This document shows, piece after piece, positions 38,490 to 52,119 of a stretch of DNA of 64,000 nucleotides. The notes beneath the pieces are model-generated. The model saw nothing but the letters and a program-made list of their open reading frames with translations, was not told where the DNA came from and ran no database searches. The position numbers were made by a program, and so were the translations under genes. The DNA comes from Paraglomus brasilianum (lineage: Eukaryota). The first letter of the stretch is position 1; each line of letters opens with the position of its first letter. The stretch is taken from contig CAJVPI010000019.1 in the NCBI GenBank assembly GCA_910592345.1, positions 1-64,000 of the forward strand, in the 5' to 3' direction.

Positions 38490-41248
38490 ATGTGATGCAA
38501 ACCACAAGGTCGTCGATTAGTTTTATCTGCTTCGGGTCATTGTAACTACCATGCTTGTATTAACAAACGTCGACTTTCATCGGATATAGAATCTTCTGTC
38601 AAGTCTCGTATGTTACATTGTTCATTAATCGACTGGATAAAAATTATCGCATTGGGCTCAACTAGGAAATATAATGAGAGAAAAAAGTAGTTATATGAAC
38701 TAGTGTTCAGTGTATATCATCTCTAAACCTTGTTTTTTAACTTGTGTAACCAAATATGGGGTAGTAGGGAAACTGTATTAAGTTTAATATATTCGGATTG
38801 TTAGAACAAATAATATATTACATATATGCATAAATAATGTACGAGTAATATGCGAGTGAGATATATTGCTTATGTAACCAATAGATTCGATATGAAGATT
38901 AATTAATTAATAACTATAAATAATAATGGAATTATAGTAAAGCTTCTATTATTAGAGTCAAAAGTAATTATCGATTTGGACATGCTATTGTATGTTTACG
39001 TACATGTTACTATTCTTATCCCTCTTACGCGTCCCAGATTGGCAGATTTGATAATGATTACGTCACAAGATAATGTCCCCATCACCAGAAAGTCGAACAG
39101 CAAGGGAAAGAACGCAGAAAATGAATCAGAAGACGCAAGCAAGTCGTATAAAGTATAGTATGATATGATATCGACATTAATTAATCAAAGTTGCCTTTAT
39201 CGCTCGTGCTGTTTCATCTACAGTATGTTTAATTATCAAAAGCCTTTCCCATTCTTTCCTGTGCTCATATAATATATTATGCTCATACCCCCAGTTCATG
39301 CGGAGATACAGATCGACTGTTTTACACATTTTTGACTGCTATGCAAGTTCCGTACAGACGGCGAGTAAGAATTTGATAGTGTCACAATTTCATAAATAGA
39401 AAATACGCGCGACGAGCAATTTATTTTAAACAGCACGATAGATCCTTGTGTTTCATGATTCTTGAATCTACAAAAAGATTTGCGATTGTGCATTTTACTG
39501 TGGATCATCAAGGTCGATTTGCCGCAGAATACCGAAAAGGAAAGGCGTAAAGAAGTGGTTTATGGAATTATAATATGAGTAGCGCACAACAAGTTGACAA
39601 CAAAGAGCATCTCCTCCGATAGACTTTTACTAATGCAGTAAGCACCTTTTTTTAAAACCATTAATAATAAATGAATTACATAATAAAGTTTCCTTTGAAT
39701 TAAAGTATGCCTTTTCCCATTCAATCAAATCAACCCCATTTCACAGCATAGTTAAACCGGGTTACATATATATCCATTCATTACCTGTCATTCTTATGCT
39801 TAATATATACTAACCTTGTGACGTTCTTTTCCGATGTTCTGAATTATGTTATTGTTCTCTATAGCACAAGCATTCTCTCATGGTTATCGCAACCTTTCTC
39901 TATTTAGAAGATATCGATTAATTAGATAATCATATGGAACAGAGCGCCTTCTTTCACCTCAAACAGGCTAGAACATGGAATACGACGCGTAACTAAATTG
40001 AAAAAAATCAAGTGATAATGATATGTTGGATTACAGTTTAAGGGCTTACAAGGCGGGAGATGATATGCTGGATTGCAGTTTAAGGGGAAAATTGATAGTG
40101 TATTTACAAGGCTTGCTTACAAGGCTTGCTTACAAGGGCGGGAGATAAAGACAGATTCGGATGGATGGATGGATGCCAAGACACAACTACGTATTGTTTA
40201 TTGCGATAAACAGGAGATAAACAGATGGATGTTTAATGGTAAAAACAAAGAGCCCTGGGTATATACATGCATGTACGGATGTGCAAGCAAGTGCAATAAG
40301 AAAAGTGCGGGGGTGTGTGTCCATGTGTATACATGCGTATACGTGTGCTTGTGTGTGCTTGTGTGTGCTTGTGTGTGCGCAAGTTTCCAAGCGTGCAAGT
40401 GTGTGTGTTAGTATGGTGCGAGCAATTATAATATAATGATACCAGATAATCGTAATATAATTAATTGGAATTTAGATGCTAATGCGCATAGAGTCAGATG
40501 TCCATCGTTTAGCCGATTACCCACGAGTGCGTGTACTGGATGTGAGAATTACGGATATATCCAAATGTACAAGTGATGTGTACCACAGTCAATAAATAAT
40601 AAATAATAAAACAGAATATAATAATATATAATAAACAAACAAACCAATAAATAAATAATTAAGCACGTATAGAATATAAATATTTATGTACTGCTGGCTC
40701 AATGGACACCTGCTAATTGTTATAAAATATTAGTTCTTAAAAGCCAAATTACCGGAAACGTCGACGTTGTGCTACCCATTCATGCGTAGATCAGTATGTG
40801 TTAGTTGTCTGCCCCCCCTCCCCCCTAATGTCACTAATCTTTGAATTTACTGTCAGATTTCGATTGATACGATGTTTGATTTATTTATTACGAACTGAGA
40901 GACATTGTCGTGTGGTCGAGATCTGCAACAATTCTATTACATGTCATTGCATCATGACATTACACTTTCGTAATATACTTCCCCATTCCCCTCCCTCCTT
41001 CCCAATTCCTCCCTTCCATCCTCGCTATCATTGGCGGAAAGGACAATGACATATATGGCTGTGTTTAAACTTTAGCTGATGCATTCCTTATTTAGTTGAC
41101 GCATTCTTAATTAAGCATTGGGCTTGTTAAATAATTGTATCAGCCCTCAGTTGTATATTTTTAGTAATGTTTACACACATCTGAGAAGAGATGCCTTTGC
41201 GGGTCTTGTGATAATTGGATACGAATACAGCATGTTGTGCGTGTATTG

Positions 41249-41300
41249 GATGGATGGATTGGATGGATTGGATGGATGGATTGGATGGATTGGATGGATG
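41249..41300. repeat. (GGAT/GGATT)n microsatellite
   Basis: ggatggatggattggatggattggatggatggattggatggattggatggatg. Confidence 0.9.
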
Positions 41301-42036
41301 TACTGGATAACTATATCTCTTAATGTGTAGGATCAATGATATAAATATCAAACAATGTTGGCCTCCCTCGCTTTACGTACTGGTATATGTTATGTATATT
41401 GTATATGGCACAGCACAAAGCAAGCCAAGCAAGCCAAACCAAACACCCACATAACTATCACATCAGCATAACATCATTTGCAATGTAAACAATTAATTAA
41501 TATAATCCTTAATGGAGTAATGCGATGTGTTATTTGTATATTATTTACATACGTTAATACATCCATCAATTTAGTTTTGTTACGGGGTCTCATCTCATTT
41601 GGTAAAGTGGTTGACGATCAAGAAGTATTGAAAAGCAAATTCTGGCTTGTAAAACGACGGGCCCATCTGACTTTTTGATTACTCACGATCCTGCTTATCG
41701 GATTATGAATCTTAATTTAAAAATCATCACTTTTCGCATCAGCCAAACAGCTACTATATATACGGCTGTAGAGACCTTTCCCCCCATTTCTTTGTCGCAA
41801 AAAACACACACTCGATAGAAATACAAAAGACTTAGAATATTAATATTAATAAAGAATACTCGCTTCTTCCCTACCCCCTTAACTATTTCATTACTTTTAA
41901 TTACACTTTATATAACGTTTCATACGCCTCGACAACCTTTTTTTTCTGCTAGACGTCTACCCGTCTACCCGTCGCTTCCTACCGATATCTCGACTTTGCC
42001 TCGACCCCCTCTTTGGACTATTCAACAGACTTGTTG

Positions 42037-42969
42037 GTAAGTTGCCGTAATCCTGTTTAATTTGTTTGTTTGTGACTGTTTGTTGCACTATGGCATTATA
42101 TATGTATATACACCTCGTGTTGTGCTTCTCTGTTCCTTAAGAACAACCACGTTTTACATCATGATCAAAAGACAAATGGGGCAACTTCTAAACTACTGCA
42201 TTTTCTGTTACTGTGGTCAATTGCAAGTAGACGCGCGAATTCTTATTCACTAGTTGATTCAGATTTTCCAACTTCCATTTCCCTCTCCCCCCCCCCCCTT
42301 TTTCTTTCCATGACCCCCTCTACTTGTACTTGCTGCTCATAGTATCCATTCTCGTTAGCTGTTAAGCGTTACTTTGATAGCTTATTTAAGTGGATTATAC
42401 ATAAGTAAGGGGCGATTGACTGCAGTAATATTATTTACACAACATATTAGATTATATGTATTATTAAATTAGTTAGTATTAGTTTTATTGAATTGTACGA
42501 TCATATTCTTATATTAATTACATTAATAACACTTATTTATTATTTATAATCAAATTATTTACTTTAATTTTTTCGACATTTATATACAGTATACTTTTGT
42601 TGTTGTTGTTGTTGTTGTTGCATATCACACTTTAATTTGATTTATGTAATGTTTATTTATTTATTCGTTTATTCATTCATATCTACTGCTCCCACATTTA
42701 CTTTACTCACACAATATTTATTTTATACACTTATGCAGTTCAATTGGTTCCCAATTCCACAAAACTTTCAACCCCTTTCCTTTCCCTCTATCTATAAATA
42801 TCCGATTAGGCATCGACTTAACAGCGCGAAAAAAACTCTTTCATTCCTTGCTTATACCAACTACTTTCTCTTCTCCATTCGCTTCCCTTCCTCCTCCCTT
42901 CTCCTCTCTCCTTTTTCATCATTACACGACTCTAACGACTACTGCTTTTTTACATTTCGCATTAAACAG
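42037..42969 (+). other. Putative 933-nt 5'-UTR intron of the homeobox gene
   Basis: GTAAGT donor at 42037 after a CT-rich putative transcription-start region; CTAAC branch site at 42932-42936; T-rich tract; CAG acceptor at 42969, 32 nt before ATG 43002. Confidence 0.5.
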
Positions 42970-43001
42970 ATTAAACTGTTTCTTTCCCATATTACTATTG
43001 C

Positions 43002-45053
43002 ATGGTACAAGCGCCTGCTCCGTCTTCACAACTTAATCAAATGCCTACGACGACAATGCCTCACAAACACCATTCTCCTATCGACAAGGAGCATTCCTCC
43101 TTTTCTCAGTCTCAAATTCGTTACGCTCAACAGCACCCTCTCAACAGCAACTACTCTAGTCTCCCGTCTGATCACTGCAAACAACTCCAGCCTCAATACC
43201 AATCTCTCCCGCCCATGGAATCTTCCAAGACTCCATTCCCAAGAAGAAAATCATCCATGCTAGAGATCAATAGTCTTTTATGTGATTTTGCGTCTACATC
43301 AATGAACTCTCCGTCAGCTGACTCGCAACAGGAAGACGAAAGCGAAATAATGGACTCGGAACAATTCAATTCTTTCATGCTCCGTCAAAATCATGTCTCT
43401 TCCGCCACGCCCGCTTCGTCGCCTCCGCTCTCTCCCGGAGATAATGATATTCAACACGATGGTTGTACGCAATGCTTACACGAAGTTAAATATCCGATTC
43501 ACCACTATTGCGCCGCCGACTCGGAACCATACGGTCGTCAACAACGAGAACCGCAACCGTCCGCTCGATCCTCGCCGCCCATTTCGCTGAAACAGAAAGT
43601 AACTCTTCCTTCCATCAAATCATTCACAACTGCAGATGACTTGAGATCTGACATACACCACGAGCCTAATCACGGCTCGGCTGCCCGCGATTCTTGCAAA
43701 CCATGGTCACAAATGCAACGATTAGAACAGCTAGCAACTATAACCGAAACATACGGACAGTCATATCTGCAAGATACAAACAGCATTCGTCGTCTACCTT
43801 CGCTGCCTGCTCCTCAAATGAGTGGAAACGTTTCTCCCGTTCAACGATCGATGACAAAACTCAGTCCTCACATGACTGCCATTCATCAACAGCCAAGTCT
43901 CCGTCGGTCATCATACGACATTTCCCAGTCGAGATATTCACCCATATCTCCTGGGCCAAATGCGCATTACTCTTCTCGTCGCATGCCACAGCAAGATCAG
44001 AGACGACACTCGGATTCTCCTTCGCACTCGAGCACCATCGAGCATGCTCATGATAGATATTCAAATGGCATCCATCATTTTCACGGTCCGCTTCGTGCAC
44101 TGCCTCCAACTTATCAGGGATATCCACAGCATTCATATCCTTTCCATCAACACATGTACCACCAACAGCATCATGCCCATTCGCACATGACTCATGCTAC
44201 CTTTCATCATGATCACAACTCTGCCGTCCCAATTGTTCCTATGGTCAAAGCTAAACGTAAGAGAGCCAACGCCAATCAGCTGAAAGTATTAAACCAGGTA
44301 TTTCAACATACCTTCTTCCCATCAACCGAACAGCGTATTCAATTAGGAAAGCAGCTGGGAATGTCGCCGCGGACAGTGCAAATATGGTTCCAGAACAAGC
44401 GACAAAGTTGGCGAAGCAAGACCCGTGGCCCTGCCACAGCATCATCGCTCGAGGATGGTAATGATGAGAACAATGGTAAATCACAGAAAAGGCGTGCCAA
44501 CGCGGAGGCAGGAAATGGTAACAAGTTGAGGAGATTGAGCAATGCTAGTACGGGAGAAGATGTTGAAGATTGTTGTGATAGTGATGGGCGTCTATCTGTA
44601 CCTGATTCGCCGGCAGCCGAAGGATGCGATAGAGATATAGGAGATGGAAACGAAAGCGTAATGTCGTCAGACGAGGGTTCCGTGTCCAGTCAAAGCGGAA
44701 GCGTAAATTCTCATGATCAGCGAACGCAACAGTATCAACAGTATCAACAGTATCAACAGCAACAGCAGCAACAGCAGCAACAGCAGCAACAGCAGCAACA
44801 GCAGCAATATCAGCAGGTTCATTCTAATTCCTCCCAGTGCTCTCCTCATTTATCGCCATATTCTTCATCTTCGCCGGATCGGCTTTCCGAGTTCTCGGCT
44901 ACATCAACTATTGCTCAAGATTTATCTATGAGTGACGCTAATGCATACAATAATAATAGATTACCTTCTATTTCGGCTGCATTTGGAAGTCATCATGCTT
45001 TACCACCTACTTCCGGTCTTGGATATTCCCGCGCTGTTAATAATGAGTTCTAG
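43002..45053 (+). CDS. Homeobox transcription factor (fungal Yox1/HD2-like homeodomain), single coding exon, poly-Q
   Basis: KAKRKRANANQLKVLNQVFQHTFFPSTEQRIQLGKQLGMSPRTVQIWFQNKRQ (~44248-44406); His-rich and S/P-rich disordered flanks; (CAG/CAA)n tract at ~44727-44817. Confidence 0.95.
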   Translation: MVQAPAPSSQLNQMPTTTMPHKHHSPIDKEHSSFSQSQIRYAQQHPLNSNYSSLPSDHCKQLQPQYQSLPPMESSKTPFPRRKSSMLEINSLLCDFASTSMNSPSADSQQEDESEIMDSEQFNSFMLRQNHVSSATPASSPPLSPGDNDIQHDGCTQCLHEVKYPIHHYCAADSEPYGRQQREPQPSARSSPPISLKQKVTLPSIKSFTTADDLRSDIHHEPNHGSAARDSCKPWSQMQRLEQLATITETYGQSYLQDTNSIRRLPSLPAPQMSGNVSPVQRSMTKLSPHMTAIHQQPSLRRSSYDISQSRYSPISPGPNAHYSSRRMPQQDQRRHSDSPSHSSTIEHAHDRYSNGIHHFHGPLRALPPTYQGYPQHSYPFHQHMYHQQHHAHSHMTHATFHHDHNSAVPIVPMVKAKRKRANANQLKVLNQVFQHTFFPSTEQRIQLGKQLGMSPRTVQIWFQNKRQSWRSKTRGPATASSLEDGNDENNGKSQKRRANAEAGNGNKLRRLSNASTGEDVEDCCDSDGRLSVPDSPAAEGCDRDIGDGNESVMSSDEGSVSSQSGSVNSHDQRTQQYQQYQQYQQQQQQQQQQQQQQQQQQYQQVHSNSSQCSPHLSPYSSSSPDRLSEFSATSTIAQDLSMSDANAYNNNRLPSISAAFGSHHALPPTSGLGYSRAVNNEF

Positions 45054-47202
45054 ATCAGACCGCGAAACAAAATGAAGATAATGGATAGAGCTGAAACGAG
45101 AGAGCTGATTTCAGCGGGCGTTCGTGGGTCGTGTTGATGAAATTGGTTACTTGTGGATGATAATGTGTATTAACTAAGTAACTCACTGAATATTTTATAT
45201 ATTTCTCACCTCTTGTCTTACTATGAGTTTTGTAAATAGAAAAAAATGGGTTTCTAGTAGTTGCTTGGGTTGTAGATTAGCATCTCAATCTATTCTGACT
45301 TTTGGGCTGGAAAAAGGGCCGCGCGTGTTGCGTTGGAAAAAAAATCAACTTCATATCGTTTTTTCCTTTCCTTCCATTCTCTCGCCCATAAATTGTCAAA
45401 AATTATTATTTTTTTCTTACATTTTTTCGTGCCGGTCTCGAAACTTTTTTTTTTCACTTATTCTTTTTGCATTTGTTTGTTTAACTTCCATTCCCATAAT
45501 TCGTACTTATTTTTCTTTTCTTTGTACATTCTGTGATATTATTACTGTGCGTAAAAACGTACTGTCGAAATTACGTTATTATTTTCTTTACGATCTCTTG
45601 TTTTCGTTACGATAGGAATTCCTTGGTAGCGAAGCCAACTCTACGCAGTCTTTATCTGCGGTGCCAATTACAACTTTTATATAATAATTTGTAATGCTTT
45701 AATTTGTTGGTATACTTTCCGCAGATATTTTCTGTATATGCTGTTTATATATAAAAAACTATACATCTTTTTTTTTTGCCTTCTTATTTTTTTCAATTTA
45801 CCGTACACTATGACTTTTAAATTTCACAATCAAGAGTAAATGTAATAATCAAAACTACTCTACAAGGTTTTTCTCTACGCAAAAACTATTACATCCTGAA
45901 ACGGATAATACGAATAAAAAATTACCAAGCGGTAATTAAGAAGGGGGCCTCTAAACAATAGATCTTTTTCTCTTTTGTAATGATCATTATATGTGTGGGT
46001 GTGCTGTCTCGTCTTGTCTTGTCTTGTCTTGTCTGTATCGAAATGATTATTCTCGTGATCACGTGCTCAAGGCATTTTAATGTCACATGCGATCGAATAA
46101 AATTTTTGTATTGTGTCCTGTTTGCATATGTATAACGTCGATTGCGATCACGATAGTAAATGTTGTTTGTCAGAAATAGAAATGGATACATACATTTAAA
46201 CCAGGTCGCATGGATTTTTCCCGTTACACATTCTCTGTGTATCTGTGTAGAGCAACACACATTCCCATAAACGATCTCAATCAACAATTAATTTCTCCGA
46301 TGTCAATTAATCACGTGCCAGATCATAAATGAACAAGAAAAAACACATCAAACCCGTATAAAGCGAGCAATCCACCTGACCTCAAATTCATACCTGTTGA
46401 TCTTGGGGTGCTGGGGGTGGGGGGTGGCCGAAAACCAAAAGATGCACTTGCATTCGGCGAAATATATTATTATTTATCGAGTCCTTGTGATCTTGTTGAT
46501 TTGTTGTGTTGCTTTTTGCACTGGCGGGTTCGGGAAAATTAATAATCAAGCTGATCTGCAACTCGATGTTTCTATTTAGAAGACACCTGGAAAATGGCAC
46601 GGGCCAATTGGACGCTTTAAGACTTTTTGCAATGTTACACGAAAGTTGGAGAGGGCGCACCCTACCATATCACATTATACAGTATAAGCAAGCACTGTGG
46701 ACAATTCACGCAGTGTTACATCCTACATGATCGAGTGTTCAACCGCGTCTCTAAAAAACTAGACAAAAAGCTTTGCAAACGCTGACACTGAAGAACCTCT
46801 TTATCAAGTTACCAGTGGATTGTGTAGTAAACGCCATCACTTGCGAGCGTTAACAATAGGTTATTGTCAGGATTGGGATAGGTGATTGGCGCAAGAAGTG
46901 AGTGTTACAACACGATTGCTCTAGTCAAAATATCCCGTGTTCCCAATCGTGTGGAACTTGTAAGAAGCGTGAGAAGAAATAGACTAGTAATGAATTAGCA
47001 ATGGAATAAACCAAGTAAAGGATATTTTAAAATAAATCGAAATATCCATTGCCCTTTGGAGCAGAATAAGTAGGTTTTGTCAATATTCTCATATTTGTTC
47101 TTACTTGTCGTGTAATCGACGACACACCAAATACCAGATGACTATACACTTTCTACAGTTACCAAAGCGTCGGTCACCTACACAGACACTGGTTGGCTGG
47201 GA

Positions 47203-47329
47203 ATGTCACGCCACTGTAGAAAATAAAGTTTGCATATAATTATTATTATTATGTCACGCCACTGTATGGAAAATAGAGTTTGCATATAATTATGTCACGC
47301 CACTGTATGGAAAATAGAGTTTGCATAAT
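47203..47329. repeat. Three tandem ~41-48-bp repeats
   Basis: atgtcacgccactgta(t)g(g)aaaata(a/g)agtttgcata x3, separated only by variable (att)n. Confidence 0.9.
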
Positions 47330-48618
47330 TACTGCCTTAACCAAGTTTCCCCTGAATAATCACGCCATCGGGAACCTGCGCCAAAAAAAGACGTGACTAC
47401 CTAAAAGTATTCTTTTCAGGACAATGTGCAAATGTTTCTAGGTTTAGTGTGCTTGTAAAGAGGTTTTATATGATGTGCTTATAGAGAGGGTGATTATATG
47501 GAGGGATAGCTATTATTGCATGCATGCGTTGTGATGCTGTAGCCAAAACCTTCATAATAATAAGGTATGTATGTACATACTCTTTCTGCTTCACACGCAC
47601 AACGTTGTATGATGCATAAAATGATCGGATGTTTGAATGCTTGGTGGAGAACGATCTATCTATGATCTATGATCGTTACGTTTATTAACCACGCCATCTG
47701 GTCGATCTTTCCAAATGGGTTTATATTCCTAAAACGTTAACAATACCCGAAAACTAAACTAAAGCGCCGTAAAGTCGTATATGGGTCGATTATGCAAGTG
47801 TTTGTTGTGTTGTTGGTGGGTCTACTGTGCCAAGTTTCCCTAATACAGGATATCTCACTACTCTTTGTGCTTAACATTGAGTTGTTCTGTTCAAAGGTGT
47901 ATCGAATTATGTCAGTTGTTAAAGACAAGCAAGAGACTTGAATATTGTCTTTTGTTGGCGTAAAGTTGATGGCGAATATCTACCTCGTACTAATGAAACA
48001 AAGATTGCTTTGCTAATGTCACTCGACTTCATGCATGTAACAGCATGCTGTTTACCAGATTGACCGTAGCTGCATTTTTGTATATATAACAAGTTAATCT
48101 GTTATGTGTACTACAATAACACATAACGAATAGGAAACCATTAATCGATATGTATATTGCGTGAGGAGAAGCCAGACGGTGTGTAGAATAAAAGAACAAA
48201 GAAAGACATATGTTGTCGTCGGTAAGATGCGACGGATTCAAGATGCAATCAAGTCATGAAACAAAACGCTAGAAAGATTTGAATCTTAATCAAAGTTTTA
48301 ATCTCTCAAAATATTTGCTGCCATATTGCAAGAGCCTACACCCATACAAATATGACGCGTGATCGTAAAGACATCGTTGCGTTGTTGGATACTTTAAATT
48401 GAAGGGTATCGAGAAAGTTAAGCTGTAGTGAGCCTAACAAAGTATGTATTAGGCGTAAGAAATAACATGCTAGGTAAGCAATTTAACCTAGAATAAATAA
48501 TTAGCATATCCTCGATCGATTACTACGTACGTCGGTCTCTTTGTTCAATAGCTTGTTCAATTGGTTCATAATTAATACATCATCAAGTCAATACTTTGAA
48601 CAAACGAGTCATTGTAGC

Positions 48619-48745
48619 TGTTGTACCTCAGTTCGGGACCATCTCAGTCTAGAACTCAGTCATCCCAGTCCAGAACAGTCCAGAACTCAGACATTTCAGT
48701 TGTCTCGGTCCAGAACTGAGACAAGTCCCGAACTGAGGTACAACA
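48619..48745. mobile_element. MITE with TGTTG...CAACA ends (copy 1)
   Basis: Perfect 21-bp TIR tgttgtacctcagttcgggac / gtcccgaactgaggtacaaca; flanks tagc/taac (possible 4-bp TSD with 1 mismatch); internal cagtccagaac repeats. Confidence 0.85.
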
Positions 48746-49989
48746 TAACCATCTAATCAAGCGCAGCATGAAAAGCTGCTAATAGATTCTAATTTTGCGT
48801 GATTCTACGGTTTTAACCGAGTATCGCGTCAAAGTTCCACACACGAATCGTATATAATGTAGGTTATTGAGTATTAAAAAAAATCAACGCATGCTAAGCT
48901 TAGACAAACTTCATCTACCACATACGCTGCCAATAACATACATAATAATTGTTTGCACACCGCCATATATAGCAATCTTTGCAAGTACTGCTGTAAACAA
49001 AATAGCTAATATTGTTAATGTATTGCTGTTTGAATACATATAATAATATCCTAGTAAGACAGTAATTACTTAAATGCGGTTTTACATGAACTTACAGGGC
49101 GTATGTCAGTTTGGAACGTATGTCTATTCTGAACCGACACTTGTCAAATTGTAATTCTAGTTGATTTATCCTTCCTCCTTGTTCTATTACTGTTATTACT
49201 TGTATACCGTTGGTCGATGCTTAGTCATTATATTGTAAACAGTATTGTTCAATTCCAACATGTTCTAATCAATTTCATAACATACAAATATTTACCACCT
49301 GTGGATAAATACACATATTACTTGGTTCTGCTGAGAATGAAAGCATATTAATATACCTGTTACTCAGCTTTACACTATGACAAAGGAGATCTATAATAAG
49401 CAAATTATTTTTGCTCACATTACTATTACAGCTCCCCCTTCTCCTGTGCTCTGGAATGTGTGCTGTGAATATTCAAAAACAAGTATCATGATACTTCGCG
49501 ACTCAGTGAACTGATTAACTAATTCCAGATATGGATACTTTTTCATCATAGAGCAGAAGCAATCTTTGAACATCTCAACTTACGTAAAGCCATGTTAGTC
49601 CTACTTTGACATTCTCTGCTAAGTATAACGTTATCCATACTAAGAGGTTTTTAAACGGCGGTTAGATAAGTGATTAAACTTCTTCGATAATGAGTATGGT
49701 ATTGTAATTAGGCCAAGAATATACGGTTGCTTAAGCAACACGGTTTATCTATTAAACTTCGAGTAGACGCACAATAATACCTTTAAATCCCTTTCCACCG
49801 CATATATACTAAAGCAGACTTTATATTTGTGAAGAAAATTACTATATGTTGCAACATAAGACAGCTGTCTCTAAAACTCTGCTTCAAGCCGACGGAAAGA
49901 CTCTTTCTACTCCTATGAATAAAATAATGAAGATAATTATTTCAAAATGTCTACTCAAACTCTGTTTGGAAATCAATAAAGAAAGTAAA

Positions 49990-50560
49990 TGAAATTCGAA
50001 ACAAAGTTGATAACATAATCCATAACTATCCCAAACTGCCAAAATTTCCTTAGAAGAAATAAAGCGAGTGTGCCCCTATGGTTTCCTTAAGATCCGCTCA
50101 ATATGGTCTGCAGTTTGCCCTTTCAGATTGAGTCGAAAATTTCTGTGAAAAACTGTAATACTTTTCTCGACCGCAATGAATCAATTGGATACAAATTTCA
50201 TTGGGATAGTGGAGACGTTTACATTGTTTATATGGCCACTCCACATCGTGAAGCTCTTGTATCGATACCTTTGTTATCCCTAATACTAATGACGGTGTAA
50301 TACGTAATCCTCGATAAAAGTTGCAGGCCATTTAGTCTGTTTGATCTTTAATAATCCACGTTTCTTCTATAGTTCATTATGTTCCAACCACTTCCGGGAA
50401 AAGAATAGCAGCAGACATTACAATTTCTCCAAATGTGGTACATGTTCTGAAACTTACTCTTAATTATTGGCTCCCCCAGACACGTACATTAAATTTGTAT
50501 TATTATCATCTTTACGTTGAATTATTTTCTTAATATTATATGTTCACATAGTGACGCCCT
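49990..50560 (+). pseudogene. Decayed Uma2-like/PD-(D/E)XK restriction-endonuclease-fold gene
   Basis: ESIGYKFHWDSGDVYIVYMATPHREALV and, after an intron-like gap, SGKRIAADITISPN; stops and frameshifts present. Confidence 0.4.
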
Positions 50561-52119
50561 CATGGGAGAATATTCTGTGAAGTAGCCTCAAGTCAAAACA
50601 CCATAACGAAGGAGGCAGTATATCAATACTATTTCTTGCATGATATTTCATTAGAATACCAATATGTTCCATCGCGTCCATCAATCTCGTACTGCCCAAA
50701 ATTAAATCATATTCAGGCTGTGAGGGTTCTTCCCAGTTTTGGACCTGTGTACGAATTATAATTGTGTTAGCCGTTACGTATACGACTCGCCACGATACCA
50801 CATGTCTAGACGAATATTCCCGACTCTCCACGTATTCCTTCTAAGATTCAGGGAAGCTTAACACAACGAGCGTGGTGATATTGATATTTCGCTTGGCGTC
50901 ATATCGAATTCTTTACTCTTTCTTAGTTCAACGATTTAAGTATCAACTCTTTGCTTGGCGTCGAGTGTTAACTTATTTGCAACGGAATACAAATAAACTC
51001 ATAACATTGCCATAGGCTAACGATATCCCTAAATGATATCGGGGTCAGCTTTCGGTTCAGTGAATTATCCAGCAATAACAATTGTGAGAAAGTTAACTGT
51101 CGAATATCCCGTAAGAGAAATTCCCATTCACCCAACGTTATCCATACTCAGAGGTTGGAATGTATTGGAGGTTGAGTTACTTCTTCGATATGTTAAGTGA
51201 GACGAACAATAAATCGGTTTGTTGTATCCAACCGTATATATAAGCCTTGGACCGTAATACGCCTTTCTACACGCACTAGAGATAATGATAAACATTGACT
51301 CTCTTTCATTTAACATCATCGATATTAGCCTTCTTCATGTTGGTTAAAAAAGTTACAATATTAAATGTTCGTTACGAAGGAACACATAGTAAAACTACTA
51401 CGTTACGAGCCGACGAAAAGATTTGATACAAATAATATTATTCACGTTACATCTTTAACTCTTGTTCGAGCATCAGTCTTCTCAGCGAATAGTATCGCTC
51501 CATTGTATTAATCTTAGCGAACTGTGTCGCTCTGTTGTATGTCAAACATGATTTTTTCTTAGCTTTAACTACACATGGTGTAAACACGTAGTCTTCTTTA
51601 CTCAGTTTATCGCGAGAGGTTTAACAGGTATTTAAAAATTACATTTATTATCCTTTTGTTCGAACAAATCAGTTTCAATAATAGATCGCTTGCAGCTAAC
51701 AAAGTTTTATGACAAAAGTCCAACAATGTTCGTTATGCATTAAATCCGTATATAATACAGAGTTTTATCGAGCATTTAGAGAGAATTTTACAGTTATGGA
51801 AGAGATTCTTCGTAATAACGGAACATTCTCTCGGTACACAAACAGATTAATCTCATAACCAGTGTTATTTCACCACTATTAAATAATATATAGAACTGTT
51901 ATTTTTGCAAATTGTGTCTGAAGTCTTGTTTCGGATTGCATGTTTCATGATGAACCATTTTAATGTTTGACGCGAGTCGTTGTAGGGGGATCGACCCGTT
52001 GTAACCTGAAATAGAGCTAAGTTTCAACCAATGATAGCTGAGGTCAACCCCCTGAGGTTTCCGCAACTTTAATTTATGTTACAACATTTACTCTCTTGAC
52101 CTCCAACTGCGGTATATCG

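Noticed and set aside
38102..38507. ORFs of 132 and 121 aa on the minus strand
   Set aside because: These are translations of the G-rich/telomeric repeat (PNPNPN, YYPIP) with no coding evidence.
42637..43263. 208-aa hydrophobic ORF overlapping the homeobox start
   Set aside because: TTG start and low-complexity T-rich intron-like sequence, out of frame with the real CDS.
43002..45053. HD1/HD2 mating-type locus
   Set aside because: No adjacent divergent HD1-like gene is visible, and the flanking genes give no support; treated as a stand-alone homeobox gene.
47203..47329. CRISPR-like repeat
   Set aside because: Only three copies, separated by short (ATT)n rather than spacers.
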